A stretch of DNA of 64,000 bases from Laetmonice hystrix (taxonomy: Eukaryota). Made by a program: the position numbers and the translations under genes. The notes under the pieces are model-generated. The model did no database searches, had not been told where the DNA came from, and saw only the letters and a list, made by a program, of their open reading frames with translations. The stretch is from positions 4,836,001-4,900,000 of the forward strand of contig OZ249441.1 of the NCBI GenBank assembly GCA_965235115.1, read 5' to 3'. This document shows, one piece after another, positions 33,772-44,742 of this stretch. Each line of letters begins with the position of its first letter. Positions within the stretch are counted from its first letter, which is position 1.

Positions 33772-34551
33772 TGTAACGTCCCCTGGTGGGGCGTTACCCA
33801 AGTTCAAAAGGATTGTCTCTCTTTGTGGTATTAAAATGAAATAACACAAGAAAAGGATGTGGTACAGTAAATAACAACTTTATTTCATAACGGGCAGTTC
33901 TAACTAATGTAACTAAAGTATAAATAACTAAACCATTACTCCGCCTTCTTGGGGAAAATTACCGTACTTACTCGTTGTGTCTTACGATTAGGAGAGGAGA
34001 AATAGAATAACTTGAATAGAACAGAACAATAACTAGCGAACCCTCGGTCAAGAGGAATTCACTAATTATGAGGAGAAAAAAAAAATAGATGTATTAGTTT
34101 TAGAGACAGAGAAAGAAAGCAATCCGTAAGAGAAATACCAGACAGAGGGCAGTCTGTTCAGCAGCAGGGGAAGCTACTGCTGGGGAATACCATGTCCGAT
34201 ACTCTCGTAGGAATGCTTGAAATGTTAAACTTAAGACTAAACCATAGATGAATGAGCTTTACCTTGCTGATTTCTCAGATCCGGGTAGTTCTGCTGCTTG
34301 TGGGGTTATGTACAGATGGTGATGGCTTACTTTTAGGCAGCCAGGCACCACAGAAACGGTGTGTTATCAGAAATAGTTAATGGGCTACAGTAGTGAGTAT
34401 AGTACTGCCCCCTGGTGATGAAGGACAGAACTAGAAAATATACCAGGCAGAAAGGGACACAGTTGAGAAGATTATAAAGAAAGAAGAGTACTGACGATAG
34501 CTGAGAGAGTAGAGTTTAGAGACAGGTTAGTATAGAGCCTAGGACATTACA
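33772..34551 (-). mobile_element. Solo LTR (~780 bp), Gypsy-like by its 4-bp TSD
   Basis: Begins TGTAACGTCC and ends GGACATTACA (10-bp terminal inverted repeat, 1 mismatch, TG...CA ends). Exact 4-bp TSD TTCG at 33768-33771 and 34552-34555. AATAAA on the minus strand at 33884-33879. No coding sequence. Confidence 0.85.
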
Positions 34552-34936
34552 TTCGCAAGGATAATGGGTAGACCCCGGAAGGACAACCCCAAACCCCTTG
34601 CTGTAAGCCAGCATAATTAAGTTCAGGGAGGGAGAAAAAAAACAGCTGACACTGGAGGTGTACCCTACCATCTTTGACTCTAGCTATGTTGAGGGTCCCG
34701 TCGACTCTGTGGTCGACCACAGAGCCACCAAGCGAGGGAGCCGGGAAACAGTTTATCGAAGCTATAGTTCTCATTTAATACGCTAGGTGTCTTTCTTAAT
34801 TCTTGCGTTTCTCGTCAGATGTCGCTTTCCGTTCCTTGCCACATCCGGTAAAGTGATCTGCGGCAAGCGTGAGATACTTGAAGTTACTCCGGTGTAAACC
34901 CAAGCCAAGGCAAAGTTGTGTGCCAACTTTCAAGCG

Positions 34937-37900
34937 ATGGCAGAAACACACTTTCTCACTTGCTACCGCAAAGGTTGTGGTAAAGATTACGACCCGGCTG
35001 AAAACAAAGAAGGTGAGATTTGGGCTTTGTAAAGTGTATTACACATTTACAGTAAGCAGCGAGTGAGCGAACCGTGGCGTGAACCTCGCACTCGCAGTGC
35101 CACTGCGGTACGAGTTGGGTCCTAGAACATTCTGTCAATCTCAGTTGTGTTTAGTTCCGACCGGAGCCTCCCGCACGCAGCCATGCAGCAAAGCCACCAT
35201 TCATTTAGTAGATCCAAGGATAATCCTTGGTCGATCTATTTTCTCCATGATGAAGGGGTGAGGGAGGCGGGATGTCAAGGAGAGCAAGTTCCAAGTTCAG
35301 CCCTCTCGGCCTCAGGGCTCAGCCAGGGAGAAAATATTCTATCAACTGAATTGTGAAAAACAAATCTAGGCCTAGACGTGTATGCTTGTCTAGATAGAAA
35401 TTAATTTAGCCTACGCCTAGGCCTATGGCTATGTTACACTACAGTACTTTCTGCCGCTCGGAACTAAAGTACATTTTCCAAAAAAAAATTATGTGATTAC
35501 AGAAGATCCTTACCTTAGCAGATAAAATGAGATATTTGTCCCTATTAATTCTGACGGCAAGGTGAAAGTGAAAGGTGGGCGCTATCGACCAATGATGGGC
35601 CCCATCGACCAACTGGGTGGGCCCCATCGTCCGGGCCCAATCGACTGGAGCCCATGGGCACCTTAAAAAATATGACTGCGATTTCACTGGTAATCGAATC
35701 ACAGTCAAATTTTGTGTACTTTTGGGTGCCCACAAAAAAAAACAAGATTTAGAATCTAAATTTTTATAAATCAGATCTTGTTTATTTAAGCAGTTTTCTG
35801 ACTTTATTTCTTCAAAATGCTGTACCCGAGGTTACCCTCAACCAAGTCCTTCAGATCCTGCCAAAAGGTGAAATCCTCCAGGAAACCCTCTTCATGATTG
35901 ACTTTTCTTTACTGTTCCTATACTATAGATAGCTGCAAGTACCACCCGGGAGGCCCAATCTTCCATGATGCTCTGAAAGGCTGGTCATGCTGCAAGAAGA
36001 GAACATGTGACTTCACAGAATTTCTTAATATACCGGTATGCTAAGATCTGTGTCTTTTGATATTTTTCCTGTCCAGAATTATGGTAGAAATTTAATGGAA
36101 ACTGCTATAATTTATACAACATTTAATGCCAATGGTCATAGTTAAGTTATCACATGCTGCATCAACCCTCTGACTGATGTAAATGGTTGGTAGTTCCAGT
36201 TTAAAGCCATCATTTGACCTACTGTCTGTCATTTCTGCTGAGTTGCTTGAAGTGATTATAATGAATAAGTTGCTTGAAGTGATTATAATGAATAAGTGAT
36301 TAAATGGTTAAATAAAACGAAGAGAAAATCATAAAATGTAAATTGGTGATCAGGTAATTTGCTGTAACTTCCGATGTTATGAGTGTGAAGCATTGCGATT
36401 ATCTTCTGTTTATTTTATATAGGGATGTACAATAGGCCCTCACAGTAATGAGAAACCAGTACCTCCTGAAAGTAAAGAACCAGACCAACAAAATACAGCT
36501 TTAGAAAAATGTGTAAGTATATAAAAATTCTACACCATGTGATTGTACAAAAACTGTGTTATGTGAAGCCATATGACACCATGTGATTGTACAAAAACTG
36601 TGTTATGTGAAGCCATATGACACCATGTGATTGTACAAAAACTGTTATGTGAAGCCATATGACACCATGTGATTGTACAAAAACTGTGTTATGTGAAGCC
36701 ATATGACACCATGTGATTGTACAAAAACTGTGTTATGTGAAGCCATATGACACCTTGTGATTGTACAAAAACTGTGTTATGTGGAGCTATGTGCTCAGGG
36801 CCTTTGCTACTCGGCCACCAATTCACCAATGAATTAGTTTCTTAACTTGCCAAAGGCATTTTTAGAACAGAGATAGTTTTGGGAAATTGTACATCGAGGT
36901 CTCTTCCAGTATGATATGCTGGCTACCAGGGTTGAATTTTTCGCTAATGAGACAAAGATTTGACTACCGTAATGCACTGGCTATTGCCCTAATGCCCACG
37001 AGCCTGTATAGCCGTCATTTTACAGACCTGCCAGCAGAAGGGGGATATCCCCCTCCCAAACCTAAAAGAAATTTGGTTATGTTGAATTTATAATCACATA
37101 TCTATTTCTTGAACTCAGCACTACCAGCTTTTTCCTTTATTTCTATTCTTGACTGAACAGTTGGAGACCATCATTATCAAAGGACCAGAAGACAATATAA
37201 AACCAAGAAAGACAGAGAGACCTTCTGAAGAAGAGGCTCGTATATCACTCAAAGCCACGGTAGGAGGAAGCCTTAAAACTGCTTTAGAAAAGGCTCTAAA
37301 GGAGATGGACCTAAATGCAGAGGAAGGAAAAGGTAAATTATTCATGTAAATCAGAAAATATAATATTTTGAAAAACTTTACTGACGGCAGGTTGGGTCAG
37401 TTGGACTTTCCACCCCAGATGGGGGAGGGCAGGCATGAAGGCCTGTATAAATACGAGGTTTTTATTGAGTGTTCAACAAAATAGGTAGATAAGATACTCT
37501 GGTGTTGGAGTGGGGCACATCTGGAAATGATGTGTAAAACATAACTTCTAACACAATGGGGGGGGGGGGGGGGGGGGGAAATGGCACATATCCCAGAAAA
37601 CGAAGAGATATTGTTAAAAAATCTTCCCAGTAGCTGTAATAAAAACCAATTTTCTTTCCATTTTGCAGAAGGTTATTCCAGCACAGAAGTAAAGCCAGGG
37701 ACATCTTGTAAAAATAAAGGCTGCTCCCAAGTAAGTTGATCTTGTAAACTGCATTGAATCCAGTGTAAACTTTGTTGAATGCACACATTAGCATCCTATA
37801 TTAGTTTCAGAGTGTCAGTTTTAGGGTCCTCTAACCACATGAGGCAAACAGTTTTTAATTTAAAAATTGGGATTCTGTTTTCACAACCCACATGGTGTCA

Positions 37901-39289
37901 AAGCCACAACCTGGTTAGACAGGTGAGATTCTAGTCCCTGGCCCCCTCAATATTGATATTTATTAGATTGAAATAAGAAGAGGAGTGATTTAAAGTCAAT
38001 ATTTGTATGGGCAAAAAGTACAGTTTGAGAAATTTATCCAATACCTGTTTTTCCCCCTTTTCCTTTACAGTCATATGTTGACGAGTCGAGCACTATCGCG
38101 CCATGTACATATCATTCAGGAGTTCCAGTTTTCCATGAAGGGTAAGTTTTTCAAGACATGCCTTTGACTGGCTAAACTCAGAAAGGTTTCTGATTTTGAA
38201 GTGGTGGTATTTGTTATTACATGCCAGCCAACCTAAATATTAAATTAAGCCAAGCTTAAAAGTTCACTTAAATACCGAGTATATTCACTGTTTCACTCTT
38301 TCTCTGTCTCTTTTGGTGGGTAATGGATTTGAAATATACATCTACTACAGTTGCCATATTAAAATATTTCAGGTTAAAGTACTGGTCATGCTGCCAGAGG
38401 AAGACGACCGAGTTTGACAATTTTCTGGCACAGGAAGGATGTACCACAGGCAGGCACTGCTGGTTCAAGAAGGAGGTACGAGACACGTGCCCCATAGAAA
38501 AATTTACATAAATTTTAATTTAAAATTGCTAAAGCAGATCCACGTTACAATGAATGCTTTTAATTCCTAGTCACAATTGTTTATTTCAATTTGAGAACAG
38601 ATGAATTTGAGTCAGATGGCTGACGTATAATAACTTTTTTTTCAGGATGAAAGTAAAACTGTGAATTGTCGCATAGACTGGCACCAAACCGCTCAGTTTG
38701 TTACAATATCAGTTTTTGCCAAGGTCGCTGTGCCAGAAAAGACAGAAATTGAAGCCAATAGGGTCACAGTCAACATGAACATAACATTTGACGGGGGCAA
38801 GTGCTCATTTAACAAAAGGATAATTCTCAGAGGGGTGCGTATATTTTTATTTACTGTTGGGATATTTTCCTTCCAGCGCCTTTCACTGTGTGTTTGAATA
38901 CGTGCACGGGACTGGCCAGCAACAATGTGAACCATATAGAACTACATGCGCTACCTTCGCCACTTTGTAGTTCACCAGTGCAAATATGAGAAGCCATCAG
39001 CAACGTCCTTCCATAATCCACAATAGCTAATCTTTAACAGATATCTATATCCCTCTCATCTTCAACAGATATCTATATCCCTCTCACATATCTATATCCC
39101 TCTCATCCATTGCAGGTTGTAGATCCAGAAAGAAGCAATGTAAAGTTGCTTGGGACGAAAGTGGAAATAAATCTCCGTAAAGGCGAGCCTGGTACGTGGT
39201 CAGCATTAGAGATGCCACCAAACAATCCAAAGCAAACTGAACTGGCCAACCGAGGTCTCAATGATACAGACGATCTGGACGGGGTGTGA
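34937..39289 (+). CDS. CHORDC1: Cysteine- and histidine-rich domain-containing protein 1 (CHP-1/Morgana; HSP90 co-chaperone with two CHORD zinc domains and a CS/p23-like domain), complete, 347 aa
   Basis: Exons 34937-35012, 35929-36035, 36423-36512, 37161-37332, 37669-37730, 38071-38141, 38373-38475, 38646-38834 and 39116-39289 total 1044 nt with consistent phases. CHORD I: [10 protein letters not shown]...[43 protein letters not shown]: CKNKGC...[38 protein letters not shown] domain: CRIDWHQT...[22 protein letters not shown] at 39515 and 39548. Confidence 0.96.
36532..36787. repeat. Minisatellite, 44-bp unit, ~6 copies, in CHORDC1 intron 3
   Basis: Unit ACACCATGTGATTGTACAAAAACTGTGTTATGTGAAGCCATATG, starting 20 nt after the donor. 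Confidence 0.95.
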
Positions 39290-40849
39290 TTGGGAAAAAC
39301 AGATGGATGGAATGTTGTGAAATTGAAAACTCGAGCTCAACAACATGACAACTCCAGAATCCATCAAGTCCGAGTTCATGCAACCATACAGACTCTACCG
39401 CCCATCATCAACTTTCATCAAATCATGAACTGCATGCTGTATACTGGATACGTGTCAAAGTGCTGTTCACAACAATCACTGATGCTAATGCAGTTAAAAT
39501 ATGCTCAGATTTAAAATAAAATCGATCGGCTGAAGGTGTCATGCAAGAATAAAACATAAACTGCCTGAAATGTATTTTTGTTTGAGGAACTGGAAGTTGC
39601 CATTTGTTTTAAGTACTGGTATGCAAAGTAACATCAGTGGTGTTGGGCTTTATTTTCACTTGTGTATCAGAATGCTCTCGCATTTACAGCAATCCACTGG
39701 TTGGGAAGACTTTTAATTTACACATCTGATTGGGATTGCTGGGGCACATGTATTTAGTTGTTAAGGATAGAAGCAAGGATATTGGCGAGTATCTCTCGTT
39801 CCAAAATTCAGACATGGGCCATTATTGTGGAAATCGCGCAATGAATCTCATTGGCTGTTCAAGTCTGTATACCTGATCAACAACCAAGCCATACAACGTT
39901 CACTTCATGGTGACAACAGGCAACTGGAATGTTGAATTTTATTAGATTTCTCCATTTCAGTGGGTAAACATTTATTGATTTAGCTAGTCTTAAGGCCTTA
40001 AACCGAACCTAACAGCCCATGTCTACTCGCCGGTTGCTTTAAGTGCATGGTTATAGATTTCACTGCAGCATTACTGGTAAAAGTCACAGAAAATCTAAAA
40101 TGTCTCTGGTTGAAACTAAGGCTTCTCTATACAGATTGGCGTCATGAATTGAACCAGTGCAATAAAAAGTGAAAATGGTTTCTACGTTTTCATTTGTACA
40201 CAAGCCGGGTTGTAGGGGTCATGGACTTTTGAAAATTCAGACTTTCCAAGGCAGACCTAGAAATGGTTTGATGAATGTATTGTATGGATGACACGGGTGT
40301 CTGAAACTGGGTTCCCCCAGCAGAGGCAATACCAATCACACGGCAGCCAATTTGGCCCCACATGACACGTTCACTATACAAAAATGGGTTTGCAGATAAA
40401 AAATAAAATCGCTGAATTTCTGCAAAGAAAGCTTCTACATTCCTCTAATCACCCAATCTTAAATAATGCATTTTCATAATTTGGACCTTGGATAGTTTTC
40501 TCAATTCAGTCTTCCTTTTTTAAGGGACCACAATTAATACAATTCTGTCTAAAACTAGGAAACAGTAATCAATCACCACTTTTGAGATAATTTTTATTTA
40601 TTTTTCTGTACAAAAGAATGTGAGATGTATATTGCCATAAAAGTTGCACTCAATCACACAGTGAGGGTCCTCAATACCCTATTCTGATGGCATGCGATTC
40701 TTTCCTGCACACCACCACAACAGATGTCTACAAACACTTTTCCATGTTCTTTCTTTCATTCCTATGTAATACTATTATACACTATAATTATATAAGGAAT
40801 CTGAGGTTGTCCACTTTTTGTTTGCGTCCTAACTGAGGTCAAAATTCTA

Positions 40850-42513
40850 CTACTTGTTATGCTCCTTTTGTAGTCGATTGGTGTATGCCCGAGAAACGAG
40901 GTTCCATGCATCCATGTATCGGTCCATGCACATTGCTATACATTTCTGAAATGGAAAAAAGAAAGTAATGTACATGTCCTAGAAGAACATCTTTGTCTTT
41001 TGGATTATAACAAAATATCCTGTTAAATGCTGATTGATTTTTGGATTGTCATGTAAAGATTTTCAGTAACAAATCTGTCAGGAAACTTTATCATAACACA
41101 GGCACAAAAGGTATGGAAAACTTGTGTCAATATATTCCCAGTCTTTAACTACATAAATAACAAAAGTACAAAATTTATGACTCACTGTTTCAGAGCTATC
41201 AAGTGATGTTCCTGGCTTTGTTATACACTTTTTGAAGCACTTGTCAGACATTTTCTGTAAATATTGAAAAATCAATTTATGTTAAAAAACACTCTGCCGA
41301 TCGGGGGGGGGGGGGGGTGGAATCTCATCCAGGGTTCTCACCAGAAATTTTCGACAGCGTAGTGGTCAAACCAAGCGCAAGAGGGGTACAGGCGGGGCAA
41401 CCCCCCCTCCCTTCCAAGCTCTGGTAATTTAGGCTATTTTAGGGCCTTATCTTGCAGTCTAGATAGATAAGAAAAGCTTTCTAAACTGGATAGTAAACGA
41501 ACAACTTTTTACAGGTATTCTTATGGGTTCTATTGAATTTAGGCAAGTTTTTGCCACTACGCTGGTCAAGAGACAGGGTAGCGGCCTCAAAGACAGCGTA
41601 GTGGCCTAAATACACTACGTAGTGGCCCGCTATGCTGAAAAAGGCTGGCGAGAACACTGTGAATGGACCCTGGTCATGCATGGAGTGGCGGTGTGGCTGG
41701 CAGTGATGTGCACTGGCTGTCGTCCGGTCGTAAATTACGACCTAAAATGATTCCGGACGACCTAATTGTCCATTTCAGTCATCCGGAAATACGACCTAAT
41801 CATCGCATTGCACACAGACCCCGAGCCAAACCCAACACTGCCGATACCACACTTATCTTGAGCAACTCCCAGCCATCTAGCTAGGTTCCCGCATAACCTA
41901 CTAGATGGCGCCCCGGTGTGCGATCTGTAACGTTAAATGTTGCCACTTCAGGCTTTAGCACCTAAGTGATTTGATAACGTGAATTCTGATTGGCTGTCAC
42001 TGGAAAGTCACCCAATCAGAACAGGCTATACACTGAGCTTTGCAGCTGTCGTTCAAGGTCGAAGCCGGCAGCTGTTACGACTGCGGCCGCTCTCGAGAAT
42101 CATGTGGAAGTATCTTACTGGGGCTAAAAATAAAATTAAAACATTTTGCAACTGAGTTGTGACTTTGTTGGGATGTTCAAGACTAATGCCAAATCTGACT
42201 TATAAATCTTCTTAGTCTTCACTCTAATAATTAGTAGTTCACTGAACAGTGTCAATGTGCCATGCCCATGATGGATACCCATGCCATGCCCATGGGCTGG
42301 CCATGGTCATGGACATGGTCCATGGATCATGCCATGGGGGTGGGGGGAAGGGCACTCATGACATGACACTCCAGTGGAGTCTGACGACACCGACGTCCGT
42401 ACCTGTAAGAGTTCCTGCGCATTTGCTACGGCGATCTGGGCCTTTACTTGGTCCATCAACTGGTCTCTCTGTCCGGCATCAATTTTACCTCCAGCTGGGG
42501 ACGAGAAATCCAT
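40850..42513 (-). CDS. TIMM13: Mitochondrial intermembrane-space small Tim chaperone Tim13, complete, 91 aa
   Basis: Exons 42513-42403 ([37 protein letters not shown]), 41254-41186 ([23 protein letters not shown]) and 40945-40850 ([31 protein letters not shown]). Twin CX3C motif, phase-0 GT-AG introns, candidate AATAAA on the minus strand at 40598-40593. Confidence 0.96.
41330..41659. mobile_element. CAGGG-ended MITE in TIMM13 intron 1
   Basis: TIR CAGGGTTCTCACCAG / CTGGCGAGAACACTG (2 mismatches) and repeated GCGTAGTGG subterminal motifs. No TSD seen. Confidence 0.55.
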
Positions 42514-43235
42514 CTTGTTTACTGGATGATGAAGGGCACAACAAAACCAGATCCCCGGGACGATCTCTTCACACGTGAGGGACAACTTTAGATGCCGGCA
42601 AGGGCAGCAGAAAATACAGCACATAAATCCAAGAAAGTTCAAATAGCTAATATTGCCATTGCATTTAATCATTTATTTTATTTTATTACATTTCTCTTTT
42701 AATTCAAAATAAAAGATGTACTTTTTAACTTGATACATGATTTCTAAAATGATTTATTATCCGATCGCAGCAAGGTCAAAGTGCACGCTGGAGGAAGCGA
42801 GAAATGAGCAGGGAACCAGTCACCTCGCTTGCGACCATCAGCGCCAAGGAGCGAAGCGGCGGGTAGGGGAACCAGGCTAGGTTCCCGCTCAGGGAAACCG
42901 TCGCCTATCACAGGCCTAGGCATATAATTTGGAATAAATTGGACTAGCAATATTCCGACAGATGGTGAGAAAGTGAAGGAGGGTGTGGACAAAGGAAGCA
43001 AGGAATTATGAGATTGTTAATGTTTCTCAATCCTTACCAGTCTTTACCTCCCGGTCCATTCTATACCATGGTGCCACCTTACGATAAACACATGAACTAC
43101 ATAATATTAAAACTAAGCAGTGTGGACGGACTACTGGACGAGCACAACAACTTCGTCCGTCGACACTGGAGCACACAGTCAGAGGAAGATGGCAGAGCCT
43201 AATAAACAACCTGTTTTATTCACTTGGAGATAGAG
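42514..43235. promoter_or_regulatory. Probable bidirectional promoter of TIMM13 (-) and DOP1 (+), including a putative non-coding DOP1 exon 1
   Basis: Head-to-head arrangement, with a CpG-rich core at ~42770-42920. A strong donor GAG|GTAAGT follows 43235, and an acceptor tttattgacag| lies 17 nt before the DOP1 ATG (44743). Confidence 0.5.
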
Positions 43236-43960
43236 GTAAGTCCTAGTAAGAGTTTTCTCTGTGTTTTTATATGGCAGGTGCACAACGTTTGTCATCGCTC
43301 GGGTGAGAGTCCTGGGATGATCATGAGTGATGAGATTAGGTCAGGGACAGGCCACAGCCAGGTACACCGTACAGCACAGCAGGCCAGACTCAGACTCTCA
43401 GGCCAGGGAGGATGGGCACCGGAGGATGGTGGTTGGTGTGGCAGTGACACTGCCACTGACAGTCAGTCACTGTCACTACCCATCATCATGGCTCAGGCTG
43501 ACACTGGACTGCTGACAATCCTACAGTGTGACAGTGTGCCTCGACTGTGGAGCCATTGCCTGTAGACATTTGTACTGTACGCAGCCATAAGTGGTGTGAA
43601 GTCGGGGGGGGGGGGGGGATTGGCTGTGACCTTATCATCATCACGTGACATGTCATATGTCAGTCCAATCCTGACACATCCCCTGGCCCTGTCTGCCTTA
43701 TACTCATAGTCATACTCTTCGAGTTAGACTTGGTTAGGAACTTAGGGAAGAGTGGGAGAGATTAGCTAGGCCCCACACTTTTTGATTTTTTAAAAGTTTT
43801 ATGCCATGATCAACCATGGCATATGAGGGGAACCACCAACCTAGGATATTCAATTCAGAAAAATCATTTTGTCAACGAAACCGCACCATGTTTTTTGGAA
43901 AAATATATCTCCTTTAAAAAAAATAAAGTTACATTTAAGTTTCCATGTGGTGTCAACTAG

Positions 43961-44153
43961 GGGTACATTGCCATGACTAATTTAAACCCTATGAAATTTG
44001 GTCGAAAGAAAAAATCCATAGCCCTGACCTTATCCCTAACCCTTAACCCCAGTCCCGCACCTCCCAAAAACATATCCCTATCCCTATCCCTGACCTTAAC
44101 CCAAACCCCTGCCCAAAAATTTTGTGGGAAAGTTATCATGGGGGAATATACCC
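43961..44153. mobile_element. MITE with degenerate TAACCC-like interior and 6-bp TSD
   Basis: Imperfect TIR GGGTACATTGCCATGACTAATTT / AAGTTATCATGGGGGAATATACCC. AACTAG is duplicated at 43955-43960 and 44154-44159. The interior reads ccctaacccttaacccc...ccctgaccttaaccc. Confidence 0.65.
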
Positions 44154-44742
44154 AACTAGGCCTATACTTTCTTTGAAATTCCAACACTATAGAGAAAGTG
44201 CCAGTAGGAGAATACTTTATAGTGGCAAAGCTGCGATATTTATACAATTGCTTTATCTATTTTGTTGTTCAATGTGCCAGCTGATTATTGGATTAGTAGA
44301 GTGCTCAGTGTTTGGCTGGCACATGTGATCAGCAGATGTTCAAATACACATCTGTGCAGCATTGATGCACCTCCATGTATTGACAGTCACGGTTTACCAT
44401 CAAAATTCTCTATCTTTGTTGAAACCAGGAATACAATTCTTCTTCACTTGACAGATATTGAAACATTATAGATGCTCTCGGTAGAGAAGGACCTCAGGAT
44501 TACCAGGGCTCAACAAATCATGAAATATTGACATGGCAGAGGCTTGTGTGCTCCATAGGCAGCAGGTGGTAAAATTATCCACTCTCGCTCCATGCCGGGG
44601 AGTCTAGCTGGTCACACTGTGAGGATATATTTAGGAGATGGTGCACAATCGCTTGCCTCAAAAGACGATGCCTAGTTCTATAATTTACAGTTTTTAACAG
44701 TAATATGTGCTATCTTTATTGACAGAAAAGTGAAGCATCACC

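Noticed and set aside
42260-42345. CATG/CCATGG-rich stretch in TIMM13 intron 1 giving a His/Met-rich ORF
   Set aside because: It is a short degenerate simple repeat with no coding context.
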